DNA from: Haliotis rubra
Lineage: Eukaryota
Direction: 5' to 3'
NCBI RefSeq assembly: GCF_003918875.1
Contig: NW_025765246.1
Coordinates: 1-64,000, forward strand
Length of the DNA: 64,000 nt
A program made the translations under genes and the position numbers. Below the pieces are notes generated by a model that saw nothing but the letters and a program-made list of their open reading frames with translations, was not told where the DNA came from and made no database searches. Every line of letters begins with the position of its first letter. The stretch's first letter is position 1. Positions 51,681 to 64,000 of the stretch are shown piece after piece.

Positions 51681-52814
51681 GGAGCAGTAGTGAGTTAAAT
51701 TCTCAGAACTGAGATAACAACTTAGAAAGGTAGACTGGAGGGGACAGTTGCGTTTTCTGTTCAGAGAGATTTCGATGAAAAGATAACAATATGATATACT
51801 TAATTCGACTACAACGTATTACTATACTTCTACAAGCTGCAGGGGCGATGGGGCAGGCTTGTGGTTCAAGCGTTCACTAGTCACGCAGAAACACCGGGTT
51901 CGATTCCCTACTTGGGTACAATGTGTGACGCCCTTCTGTGGTGGAACATTGTTTAAAGAGGTGCAAACTCATACTCACTCACTCTACAAATGACATGCCA
52001 CATAAAACAATAAGTATTCACTATTTCAACATGAATTTAAAAAAATGTATATTCTTCACATTATAGGCATTCCACAAACGTTTCAAATTGTAAATTTCAG
52101 CAGTCACAATGATCTCACTTACTTGGCGGACAAGCAAGACTACTCGGTTGCAGCTCTCCTGCTGTCTTCGCGGCTTGAGATACCCGGATGTAGCCACTCA
52201 CATTATATGATAGCAGAGATGACCCTTGACTATCACAGCAAACTGTCTGTATTGTCTGTGGTTGTTATCTCTCGGTGAACACTCATGGACACTCTGATAG
52301 CATCAGCCGATAGCAACTTCGTCGACACTCGTTTTCTATTAATAACGATGCGTGTTTCGAATTTTGCTTTGTTGAACTCCAAGTTTTTAATTCAACCAAG
52401 ATGGCGAATGTTTCGGATTGTTGTCCTCGTTTATTATAATGTGATGGAAATATTACAACATATTTCATACACTCTACATCGGATGCGGTGGGATAGCTTA
52501 TTAAAGCGTTCGTTCGTCACACCGAATACCCGTGTTCGATTCCCCACATGAGTACAACGTGTGAAGACCATTCCTGATGACATGACACACACACACACCC
52601 ACACACACCCCGCCGTGACTGCCGGAATATTGCTAAAAGCGGCATAAAACCATACTCACTCACTCACTGAACAAAATCGTGGTTCTGAATGTCCAAATAT
52701 TTTTAAAAAATACGGTCCTGAATCAAGAGGATTTGTCAGAGCAGCTATTGGCATTTGAACTTTCCATCTAGATCGAAAGCGAGGATGAACTTTCTTTATG
52801 TTAGTGATTAAGGC

Positions 52815-53300
52815 ATCTCGATAATCTCCAGGGTATATATTACGATCACTCCACTCGCTGGATGCATCCACGGCTTGGCCCGATAATTATATTACCTCCC
52901 TTTGCTGCCTCCGCATTCTCACAGTAGCCAATCAGCTAAGCCGCCGTTACATCCGAGCTTGCCAGTGTCAACAAAGATAGCGGTCGCAGTGCCACTCAGA
53001 TCTTTGAGGAAATAATACAGACAAATTGACAGATCTGAAACTTTAAAAAATATATATTAAAAAACTCCTTCTACCTCTTTCAGAGTACCTCTGCATTGCC
53101 AATTGTGTTGCCAAGTTTAAACGGTTAGATAATTTAAGAAGCGAAAGTGAGTTGTGATTGGTTCGCTCAACTTCCCAGCGTAGACACCTGATTGGATAAA
53201 TAGCCAGTCAAGGGAGGTAATAAAATCATCGGGCCTAGCCGTGGATGCATCCAGGGTATAGTGGAGAGTGATCGTAAGGTATACCCTGGAGATTATTAAG
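52815..53300. mobile_element. MITE-like element with ~85-bp imperfect inverted repeats
   Basis: ataatctccagggtata..tacgatcact..tggatgcatccacggct.ggcccgat..ttacctccctt is mirrored at 53209-53300. Confidence 0.75.
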
Positions 53301-53905
53301 GTTGAATGTGATATGTTAAAAAACACGTGCATTCGTTGCACTCACTCACTCACTCTACATCGGCATCCTCCTGGCTTCCCGCGCATCCCGGGCGTTAACA
53401 GACTGTATCCGTCGATTATACGTGATCATATTAGAGTACATTCCGATTGTTAGTTGGTTCTGTCATTATGTAGAGTTACTGGACCCATGCACTGGATTGT
53501 CTGGTCCAGACTCGATTATTACCGTCCGTCGCCATATAGCTGGAATATTACTGAGTGCGGCGTTTAACAACAAACAAAACAAAGCTGTGGAGTTTAGGAG
53601 TGTCGTGATTGCATGATCGTGGGTTCGAGTCCCAGATTTCGCGCTATACCATACGTTACCAAACCATGCCATACCATGTCATGGCTATACTGTCAGCACC
53701 ATACCATACTTGTGTGTCTAACCAGAAAGGTATATAACTGCGACCTGTAGAACTTCGGGATTCCATCCCACATTTAGTCATATTTATTAGCACTCAGCAA
53801 TATTAAAGCTGTATGACGTCGGTCTGTAAATAATCAAATCATGAGCATCGATCTTCACGGGTGAATATCCAACTACTGATAGTAGTGGTTCTTCTGGTAG
53901 TTTTT

Positions 53906-54102
53906 ACAATACATCAGGGTGGTTTTGGACAACTGTCCTGTGGGGTATTGGACTGTACGTGGTTGTGTGTCGATATGCTATAATCCTGACAAGGTCCGGA
54001 CGGTGATATGTAAAAAAAACAATACATCAGGGTGGTTTTGGACAACTGTCCTGTGGGGTATTGGACTGTACGTGGTTGTGTGTCGATATGCTATAATCCT
54101 GA
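53906..54102. repeat. Direct duplication of ~85 bp at ~113-bp spacing
   Basis: acaatacatcagggtggttttggacaactgtcc...ctataatcctgacaa occurs twice. Confidence 0.9.
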
Positions 54103-54299
54103 CAACGCTCGACACTAAACCACTCAGTGTTCCTCTCAGTGTCAAGAACTATTATGTTGTTGTTAAGATTTACCACTCTCTGGTGTTTGACTGCTTGATT
54201 CGTCTAAGTGTGGCTTGAACGTGATCTGTCTATAATGGGATTATTACAGGTTGCTGGGGGATGGTCCATCTGTGCAGGCACATTGTAGGTTTCGAACGG

Positions 54300-54875
54300 T
54301 GGAGTGCCGGGTGATTGGCCGTGTGTAGGTGAGAGTACCGGGTGGCTGGGTGGTTGTCGGTGTGTAGGTGAGAGTATCGGGTGATCGGTTGGTGGTCTGT
54401 GTGTATCGGGTGGCTGTCCATGTGTAGGTGAGAGTATCGGGTGATCGGTTAGTGGTCTGTGTGTATCGGGTGGCTGTCTATGTGTTGGTGAGAATACCGG
54501 GTGATCGGTTGGTGGTCTGTGTGTATCGTGTCGCGGGGCTGGGTGTTTGTCCATGTGTAGGTGAGAGTATCGACTGGTTGGGTGGTTGACTGTGTGCAGG
54601 GGAGAGTATCGGGTGGCTGGGTGGTTGTACTTGTGTAGGTGGGAGTACCGGGTGGCTGGGTGGTTGCCCGTGTGTAGGTGAGAGTACAGGTAGCTGGATG
54701 GTTGTACTTGTGTAGGTGAGAGTACCGGGTGGCTGGGTGATTTTCCCTATGTAGGGAAGATTATCGGGTGGCTGGGTGGTTGTCCGTGTGCAGGTGAGAG
54801 TACTGGGTGATCGGTTGGTGGTCTGTGTGTACCGGGTGGCTGGGTGGTTGTCCACGTGTAGTTGAGAGTACCAGG
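54300..54875. repeat. ~37-60-bp GT-rich minisatellite (tgtgtaggtgagagtaccgggtggctgggtggttg)
   Basis: About 13 variable units. Confidence 0.92.
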
Positions 54876-55445
54876 TGCAACTTTCCTCGTAAAAAAAGAC
54901 AATCTACCAATATTCAATATGAGCATGTGACAATTAATGGCGACACCATGTTTGCCGCAGCGCGAGACGAGTTCGAGCATACCTACCGAGCCAGGACCCT
55001 TGTCCCGTCTGACCTTGACCCGAGATAAACAACGTTATATGCGGCTGCCTGTACGTTAAATCTTCGCGTTGTCTGAAATGTACGTGACATCATGTTGCGG
55101 GTTATTTCAAAATCAATACTTGCTATACTTACTTGTGGCAATCCTGTTGAAAACCTTAAGCCCCCCTACGTGCCACAGCGTTAGATATTAGGTCATGTAG
55201 CTGTGGTAAAATGTCAACTTATTCTTTCCTGAGTCTAGACATGAGGACCTTATCCCAGCACGTCTATTTACATTCGACAGTTATTGTACTTTTTAAACAA
55301 TTAGATTTTATTATTTTATTTTATTTTATTTTATTGTCTTTTTACTAATTATGGACGTTTTAAAAAATAAACATAATCACAGTTGCGTTTTGTAATGTCA
55401 GTTCAAGTTGGTGTGATGGGATCCAATCAAGAACACTGTTTATGA

Positions 55446-55605
55446 GGGCAATGAGGTAGCCTAGCGGTTAAAGCGTTCGCTCGTCACGCCAAAGACCCGG
55501 GTTCGATTACCCACATGGGTATAATGTATGAAGCCCATTTCTGGTGTCCCCGCCGTGATATTGCTGGAATATTGCTAAAAGCGGCGTTAAACCATACTCA
55601 TTCAT
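55446..55605 (+). mobile_element. SINE family A copy
   Basis: Same head and tail as 49722. Confidence 0.88.
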
Positions 55606-56552
55606 TACTGTTTATGAAACAGAGTAAAGCATAATATCAACACGATGATAATATAAGCTTCGCTTTGGAATTAAACAGCGCTTGAATGAACTGTCGTTAA
55701 CTATCATATGTAACAAAGATGCGCGGTATTATCGGTATGTCGGTTTACTGAGGTTCATTCTCTCCGCAATCTATATCACAATAATATTTGAATGCCCGTT
55801 AAATCGGGTGATTTCAAATCACGTTTTTTATCAGGTGTTAATGTTTTACACTTGCCAAACACCTTCGAAATGTTTCGGCAAATCCAAAATGCAAATTCGT
55901 AATATAGAAAGTGAATTCTCAGTTATCTCCCTTATGTGCATGCGTATTCCTGCACTTTATGTCAACAACATCGGGGTCTCATTTTATGGCAGTGGTCGGT
56001 CGTTGTCACCGGCATCTAGTTTTGTTCTATTTATGGACACCTTTATTTATGGACATCAGTTCCTGAAATGATGTTTCTGATTACTTCTGAATGGAAATTG
56101 AAATTAAACAATATATTGTGACACTTGCAGCATTACATTGTGACAGAAGGGAAAGAGACCTTTCTTTCTTCTCAATATGTTGTTCATATTTTGTGTCTAT
56201 CTCTCGAAAATGTTATTTATTATATGATGCGCACATATCATAGTTTTTGTCACTGGTAACACATCTGAAAATGTAGTGAGAGATCTTTAACCACTTTAGT
56301 TTTTTTCTAATGAAACCATGTGCATTCCTCGAACAACCTTCAAAAAGATATTGTTCTGAATCTAGAACTATTTTCAGTGCATTTCTATTAAAATAGTAAA
56401 TACAGTGTTTGACAAGGATGTCAACTTCGTCCCTTATTGTTTTCAGTGTTTGGTTTGCTGAATAAGAACAATTAGTACATTGTATCTATCCTTGATATTG
56501 TTTTTAAAAACTTTGTTTAGTTGGTTACACATCCATGAAGGAAACATGATTC

Positions 56553-56826
56553 TAAGGTCACATAAAATATATTTCTTGTTTCGGATCACTTTTGTTTTAC
56601 AAAATGGGTAGGTAGGGCGGATTTTATTGGTATTTTCTATATATTTGTTTCTGATTTTCTGTACAATGTTAGTCGAAAACTGCCGGAAGCTGAGATGAAT
56701 TTCGGAAGTCTGGCGGCTTTATACATGTTTTACCAGTGCATAAAATATCTATAGAAAAATAGGGACGGGCCAAATTTTAGGGTCGGGCGGTAATGAAAAG
56801 CAAGAAATTATTTTTATGTGGCCTAA
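56553..56826. mobile_element. Old non-autonomous TIR element
   Basis: taaggtcacataaaa..atttcttg / caagaaat..ttttatgtggcctaa inverted ends. Confidence 0.55.
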
Positions 56827-57067
56827 TGTACTTATTTACTTACGACAATTCACAATAGTCCACAGTTTTTACCAATATGCCAGTTATACCACGGCACATC
56901 TGGAGATTTCGTCGTGACGAGCGAACGCTTAATATAAGCTACCCAATTGGCCCTGTTTTCAGAATACGGACGTAAGCAAAACCCTTTATAAATGTCAGGG
57001 ACGCGACAACGTAGCTCCTTGTTTTACAGGAATATATATAAAACAGACACTATGTTTCTACTTTCAG

Positions 57068-58021
57068 ATCCACAGATGTGCAGAACTTTACTCTAAGCTA
57101 ATCACAGACCACCCCCAGCGCAGCTACCCGCTCTCATCTGTCCCTTGTTCCCGGTCACGTGATCATTACCTTCATTACGTTGACCTCAAGCCCTCGGGTG
57201 CAAGGTCAGCCCCGCCGTGGTGTCGACGTTATTGGGAACCTTCCAGAGCGGACAGCGTTATTACTAGAGGAGAAAGCGTTGGTGTCAGCAGGGATGGGGT
57301 TAATTCCGGCATGGATGGGGTTAATACCAGAGTGGATGGGGCAAATTCCAGAGGGGACATCCCCTCAAAAATAGCGGGGAACGTTAATACCAGAGGAGAA
57401 TGGGTTATTAGAAGTGGCGAAAGCGTGAATAACAGAGGACAAAGATTACACACCCGAGCGGGGAGGGTTGCTGCCGGAGCAGAGAGGACTAATACCACGC
57501 TGCACAGATCTAACGTCATTGGTGTGGTTAGCGACACCACGGGGACGTCAAGCGAGCTGACCCCACGGGAGAACAATGACAGGGTAGGGCCTATGTGGCT
57601 CGCTGAGCATCTCAGGTCGCGTGACTGTGGGGCACCTGTTAATATGACGTTACCCCACGTTCAAGAGAACACCAGAACATTACCACCAGGTGTTCATGCG
57701 AGGGTATTACCCAGAAACCCCTCGGTCAGAGAGAAGATCAGAGGACGGGCGCGGCTCGATTACGAGATGGCCAATATTAAAGCCGAAGCATTCTGTGAAC
57801 AACAGAGGGAGAAATATTTCAGGACAGCTTCGGCCAATCTTCGGAATCGCGACGTCAGATTTCAGGAGGAGGAGCTGCGCGAACAGATACGCAGAGAGCA
57901 GGGAGATGGAGAGGATGACATCATCAGTATTGTGACTTCTCCACTTGATCAGGAGGAACTGTATTCCCGTATTCAGAGCTGGATTGAAGACGTTCAGGGG
58001 GCGCTGAAGCATTCCACCTGA
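57068..58021 (+). CDS. Terminal coding exon (~317 aa) of an uncharacterised protein with heptad repeats; possible first coding exon at 49603-49704
   Basis: Acceptor ctactttcag|ATC; frame open from 57068 to TGA at 58021 with coding-like composition. Candidate upstream exon ATG 49603...CAG|gtgagt is phase 0 and compatible. Confidence 0.7.
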   Translation: MHRCAELYSKLITDHPQRSYPLSSVPCSRSRDHYLHYVDLKPSGARSAPPWCRRYWEPSRADSVITRGESVGVSRDGVNSGMDGVNTRVDGANSRGDIPSKIAGNVNTRGEWVIRSGESVNNRGQRLHTRAGRVAAGAERTNTTLHRSNVIGVVSDTTGTSSELTPRENNDRVGPMWLAEHLRSRDCGAPVNMTLPHVQENTRTLPPGVHARVLPRNPSVREKIRGRARLDYEMANIKAEAFCEQQREKYFRTASANLRNRDVRFQEEELREQIRREQGDGEDDIISIVTSPLDQEELYSRIQSWIEDVQGALKHST

Positions 58022-59119
58022 ACTTTTAATAAGTCACGTTGCTGGCAATGCTTATTGTAATAACATAGTCAAGCAAAATATACACTTAACTATGGAAGGT
58101 CTTATACCAAAATTGATTGATCTTGTTGCTACTGTAGCGCCTCAGGCAACACAAGGCATAGTGGCGTACAGTGAATGGGTGTTTTCATTCTCGCAGTGCA
58201 ACTGTATGTGAAGTAGGGCGAACTGTTTACAGAGTCCGACAGACACTACCAGGGGAAGGCGTCGATGTCTGGCTGACACTTGGGCAGCAGATGGCTGGAT
58301 CAGTGGTCGTTCGTCCCTCCATGACTCAGGCTTACCTTCTGCCTGTCTGTCCGCGCTCTTCCCGCTGTCTGCCGGCGCTCCTCCTGCTTGTTTATCATGA
58401 CGTCTTTCAAAGAAGATGAACAAATTAAAACCCAGCTAAAGTCGGCAACTCTCATGGACATAAGCTGCTTAGCTGGTCATATTTTCACGAGTTTGACATA
58501 TGTACAAGTGTACACGACAAATAGTGTTACACTACCCTGCCTGCCACACAGCATTTAGTGGATAAAACAAAAAACGGTTTCTCGAAACAGAGGAAGACGA
58601 TTATGTTTGAGAGGAATATCGGCGCAGATTTGTGTCTCCATGTCGGTTAATTTTATCATTCTCGTTAAGGTCAATCACCATTATAAGTGACAGACATAAC
58701 AAAACAGTGAAACTCCGATTACTCAGAAACCGCAGTGAAAGAATTTCCGTAATGGCCAAATTTTCGTTACAATTATATACATGTGCAACTATGTATAAAT
58801 GCAACAAAAATGTTAAAAAAATGAATTAAATTTTTCGTTATAGTAGTAGTACACTTTTAAGTTTAAACTGATCTTCAGCAATGCAAACAAAACCCGGTTT
58901 TCCAAATACACCGGGTACGGATAAGCGAGGTTTCCCTTCACACGTGCAGATGGCAGTTTGCCATTAATTGTCCTTGTGTCTACCGAGGGTGTGTACGTTT
59001 ATGCCAATACATCCAAAACAAAGTCATAAATAAACAAGTGATTTATTGTGAGTATATGTACAGATGATGCAATGTTCATAAATAATCAGTTGATGATGTT
59101 TGAGACGGTCCCCAGGGCG

Positions 59120-62100
59120 TCATCCCGCCATGAACCCCTCGGGAACACAACGGTAGAACAGCAGCTGGAGGGGGAAAATATATTTCATCATATAAGTACA
59201 AATAAACTCGAATCTGTTTATCTCATTATCCATACACAGAAGCACAGTGGTACAGTGATAGAGCGTCTGATTAGATATAAGAATGTCGGTAGTTCGATCT
59301 CTTGACCGTGTCAAACCCAAAAATGTTAAAAGATGGTATTTGTTGTTACCCTGCAGAGAGGGTATATACCAAGATCTGGTTTACGCTGGTTGGCTATGAG
59401 GTCGTTATATGACCGCAATGACCCTCAAACCTACGTGGGTACAATGTGTGAAGCCCATTTCCGGTGTCCCCTGTGTTGCTGGAACATTGCTCAAAGCGGC
59501 GTAAAACTAAACTCACTCACTCACTCAAAGCTACGTCAAACCCGGGTTCACCTTCGCCTTCACCCATGTTTAGCGAAGATGGTGCTATCAAACAGCAGAA
59601 TGGGTAATGGAAGGCTATTATCAGGCCCATATTCACATACATTAATTATGATTGAGTGACCTCTGTTTAGCCAGAATTGGTCTTCAGCAACCCATGCTTG
59701 TAGTAAAAGGCGATGCTAATAAGATCAACCGTCTATTCCAGTATCAATTATTTACACCGCCGCCACATCGCTGGAATATTGTTGAGTGCGGCGTAAAACA
59801 GTAAACCAACAAACTGTAATGGAACCCATGGACACTGGAGGCTAATACTCTGAACTAATCTGAACTAAACTTAAGCCGCACATCGCTCCCGCTAGGGGAC
59901 GCAACTCTTCGATGAATTGGAAAACCAACCAGCCACTGCCCGTTAAGTGTATGTAATTCTAAATAATATCATTACAATTATCACAAACCCGTTTTGTTTC
60001 ATCATTATCATGGCCATGAGAAGTATCACTGTGACACACCACAGTGCTCTTCTAAAGATCCCGGTTTGGACTGGTTTTAAGAAAGCCTGCTGGTCGTAAG
60101 AAGCGGCTAACGGGATCAGGTGGTCAGGTTCGGTGACGCATGTCATCGTTTCCAAAGACCAATGGATGCTCATGACGTCAGTAATCTGGTCAAGCCACGA
60201 TTGTGCACAGACCGATATAATATAGCTGTAATGTTGCTGAGTGTGCAACATCCAGACGCCGGTCGGTGTTCATAATATTAATCATTGAATTATCAACATC
60301 AACCGTAATATTGCCGCGAGAGGCAAGTAATAACATTTTGTTATCATAATCCTTATGGCCACCACCAGACTGTATACCATCATGACATACTCACATCATC
60401 AAACTCCCCGATAAAGTTTTCAAGACCGTTTCCCATTCCTATGGCCAGGGCACACGTAATGGGCTTTATATGCAAATCTGAAATTATGTAATTTTTAAAA
60501 TATAGACACAACGTTGCATCACCCCAACTGTAGTCCTACACAACATTAGGTCCTTGGGGAGCTCGGATCAGAGTGGATCCAAATTAGCCTATGCTTTTCC
60601 TAAAGCACGACCTGGATTGACCTGACGGGGTCCAACGTCTCCCTAAACGTTAAGGTTATCCATAGATGTATTGTACCGCAAATAACGATCTGGTTTTAAT
60701 TATATAAAATCGTGAAGTCAATATCCCCAAGCGTTTAGATTCACAATAAAACTCAGAAATGCCTGGGAACAGTGACATGACTAATGGCCGCCGTGTTGAT
60801 ACCTCGGACCAACGTTTTCTTCTTCAGTACATTGATGTAGCCTAGTGGTTAAAGCGTTCACTCGTCACGCCGAAGACTCGGGTTCCATTCCCCACATGGG
60901 TACAATGAGTAAAGACAATTTCTGGTGTCCCCCGCCGTGACATTTCTGGAATATTGCGGAAAGCGGCGTAAAACCAAACTCTCTTGCTCATTCGTTCCAA
61001 AAGACCTCACTTACTCACAAAAATAATACTTACTTGTGTATACAGGCTTCGCTTCCTTGTTGCCAACCTTGAACCGTATGATGGTGTTATTCCTCATCAG
61101 TTGCACAGGTGTCTCTGACGTCACATTCTGCAATGAAACACCGTCACTATATAGCCGCGCAACATCAGGTACTGTATATTGCGGTATACTTTCTACCACC
61201 ACCACCTGACACAACATTACACATGACAAACCAGACACTTCAGACTCCATATGGAATATATTCATGTCATTAAGGACAGGTTAGGGTAAAGGGTGTTTTA
61301 AAGGAGAATTGGTCTTCAGCAGCCATACTTCATATACGTGTCGTAAGAGGCGGCTAACGGGATCGGGTGGTCAGGCTCGGTGATTTGGTTGACACATGTC
61401 ATCGTATCCCAATTACGTAGATCGATGCTCATGTTGTTGATCACTGGATTGTCTGGTCCAGACTGGATTATTTACAGACCGCCGCCATATAGCTGGAATA
61501 TTGCTGAGTGCGGCGATAAACAACAAATGGTTTTTAATCAGTATCTGTTTAATCATATTTTCAAACCGGTATTTTCTTACTTTCCCTTTCCCAAAGTGCT
61601 TAATTTTGTTTAATATTAGAAATATAATATTACAAATACAACTCTCTCGTGCAGACATCCAACATAACTAAGAACATACTGTGAATCCTAGGAGTCAGTA
61701 TACTAAATATGACACTTTATACTATTTCAAAAACAGAAATGTATGTACTTTCTAACCAATTAGCTTTAAGTCCAATATGCATTTACCCAAAAGTCATCAT
61801 GGACCTTCCCAAAAATTATAATTGTATTTGAAATTCCAGACGGTCAGGTTTAGAATCACCAAAATTGGCCAAAACTTCATAAATTACAAGGGGCGGTTGG
61901 GTAGCTTAGTGGTTAAAGCGTTCGCTCGTCACGCTGAAGACCAGGGTTCGATTCCCCACATAGGTACAACGTATGAAACCCATTTCTGGTGTCCTCCATC
62001 GTGATATTGCTGGAATATTGCTAAAAGAGGCGTAAAACTAAAACTCACTCACTCACTCATTACTTACAACGTCATGGATACTCCTCACGAACGAGTGGTC

Positions 62101-62426
62101 GCTGCCACTAACCGTGACCTCCAAGGTTACGATCCTTCTCCTGATAAACATGCGCAGTGTTCCCTTCGTTCCGTTGCATCCGTTTCCAACGAGCGCCATG
62201 CCGTTTCCTCGCCTTGACTCATGGGAGGTAACTCTAAACTTGAAGGAGAGAGCAAACTGAGGCCGGAAGTCGCTGTTGACGAGAAAGGGTATTTCCAAAC
62301 TTCCTGCTCCGTGGAATACCGCCTTTTGATCCGTGACACCGACCGACCCTAGTTTGGCCTGGTGGATTCGACCCCTGGACTCCAGCATACTACCATCATA
62401 GGGGAAGTAGAAGTCATTTACGCATT
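59120..62426 (-). CDS. 3' exons of a laminin-G/ConA-like domain protein, molluscan PIF-like family (exons 62426-62068, 61205-61019, 60477-60395, 59164-59120); 5' part lies upstream, probably outside the window
   Basis: All four exons are phase-compatible with GT-AG sites. AVFHGAGSLEIPFLVN, ALVGNGC and LAIGMGNGLENFIGEFDD|LLFYRC match the PIF-type LamG pattern. AATAAA on the minus strand at 59042-59047. Confidence 0.8.
61305..61525 (+). mobile_element. Family B copy
   Basis: Same body and tail; partial head. Confidence 0.85.
61889..62057 (+). mobile_element. SINE family A copy, ending ~10 bp from an exon donor of the LamG gene
   Basis: Same head and tail as 49722. Confidence 0.88.
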
Positions 62427-64000
62427 CTGGGGAAGAGTTCGAAACGAAAATAGCTATCACTTGTTAAGGTCATTTAAACAAATTAGGTATCGCTGACGTC
62501 TGTTTTCAGGATGGTTTGGTATGGAGGAAAGCTGCTTGTAAATATATAAATATAATTTCTTTAGAAAGTTATAAATCTGGAAAATATATTGATTTTAATA
62601 TGCCACGCCTGTTGCGGTCCAAAACGAATCTTAGGTCGTGGAGGTGTGGTTTAGTATCCAACGAATGCGCTCACTCACAAACTAATCGATTCTGGGCCAG
62701 ATAATCCAGTGATCAACATTATGAGCATCGATGTACGCAACTGGGATACGATGACATGCGTTAGTCGCCTCTTACGAAAAGCAAGTGTTGCTGAAGACCA
62801 ATTCTAACCCGGATTTTCACGGGTTGAAATATATGTGTTCTTGTAAGAATGTAGAATATTAGCTATCTTCGGTAATATGACAATGGTCAAAGGGGGTTAA
62901 CTCTGCCTGAAGAGCTGAGGGACGTACGTTCTCAAGGACCAATCAGATTGCAGCGGTATGCTCGTGTCTGGAGCCCGCCATAATAAAATTGGATCGACAT
63001 AAATCTGCTTTGTTGTTTTAGGTATGTATGCACTTTTGTAGGTCGAAATAAGGTCTTCTGTACACAACTACGTATTTGTAACATTACCGGGTACTGGAAA
63101 ATACTTATTTAGGGACTTGTAATGCTGTTTATATGATGTGTTTGGTAATTTATCAATGTCGAGGTGAAACGCTCGTGATTTTGTGAAGGTTAAGTTGTCG
63201 AGTAACTCTTACACTCGATTTAGATTCAATTATTATTGATCTCGTACTTACAATAGGTGTTTTACTTATTTAAATAGTCAAAACAATTATTTTAGACACA
63301 CGTTATTTTAGGAAAACCAATAATAGTAAATAGCCGCCAACTTTGATTGAAGTTTGAGTGTCTCCTAGTTTCGTGGGTCACGTGACTGGTATAACCCCCC
63401 CACCACCACCACCATAGGGGAAGTAACTCTAATCTGTTTATATAGTTGAAGTTGATTTTACTCATCGGGAAGTGAGTTACGGGTAATGTTGTGACTCTAT
63501 GTATTATTTCAATGTATTTTCACTTGCAAATTGGTAAAACACATGCAACTGGTATTCTATAGGAATTAAGTCATGTTTGTAATTTTGAATAAAGCAACAG
63601 TATTGTTTACATATGTTATGTGACTATTGGTCATGTATAAACATGGTATTTCTATGAATATGTATATCAGAAATAACTGCTCTTCATGCATGACGTAATC
63701 ATACATTAGTGATTTTGTAACAAATGAATAAGTGTTTCCAATATTTCAAAATAACATATCGGGTGACATAATGTTGTATCACCAAATACCTGGATTTGAT
63801 ATTGTCATCCGTTGGAGTACTATCTTGGTGGAAAGAATATGAGTTATTTTACAATTTACTTGTTATGATTAATTCATTTAAAAGCTGACAGTTAATTTTC
63901 CAGTTGAATCCTTTGTGAAAAGTCAGAAACCTTTATAATAGAAATGGTGTGAGAATCTGATGTACTCAGGATATTATGTCCGTTGCGCAATAGTGGTTGT

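Noticed and set aside
54204-54980. Pro/His/Thr-rich ORFs
   Set aside because: Translations of the GT-rich minisatellite.
58142-58423. 93-aa minus-strand ORF as last exon of the LamG gene
   Set aside because: No phase-0 acceptor found; 59164-59120 fits the phase, the motif and the poly(A) signal.
49722-62057. tRNA-Asp-like genes
   Set aside because: Each tRNA-like head continues into a shared SINE body and tail, and the copies are diverged.

Overview
Eukaryotic (metazoan) genomic DNA, most likely a gastropod mollusc. This is inferred from a PIF-like LamG gene, HINE-type and SINE repeat types and spliceosomal introns; the species cannot be fixed from the sequence alone. (1) 1-~16620 is a modular higher-order tandem array (~734-bp, ~4097-bp and ~1962-bp periods built on one ~75-bp core). 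Its 4.1-kb unit carries three phase-compatible exons for an RPA/SSB-like OB fold with an acidic repeat tail. (2) ~16640-24900 is a compact all-plus-strand cassette: a frameshifted DUF6589-like putative DDE transposase, a small spliced Tudor/SH3-like gene, a second Tudor-like fragment and zinc-finger-like fragments. It may be part of a large uncharacterised mobile element. (3) 27876-41571 (-) is a 10-exon NHLRC2 gene, with a complete hAT transposon (17-bp TIRs, 8-bp TSD) in intron 1 and a minisatellite of splice-donor copies in intron 2. (4) 42-57 kb is SINE/MITE-rich DNA. (5) An uncharacterised plus-strand gene ends at 58021, convergent with the 3' exons of a PIF-like LamG gene (59120-62426, -). 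Main leads: the array + OB-fold + transposase-like cassette; a non-tRNA SINE-like family whose TSD-defined 5' end is a predicted pseudoknotted RNA (candidate ribozyme); and CpG-centred indels that suggest many frameshifts are long-read errors at methylated CpGs.
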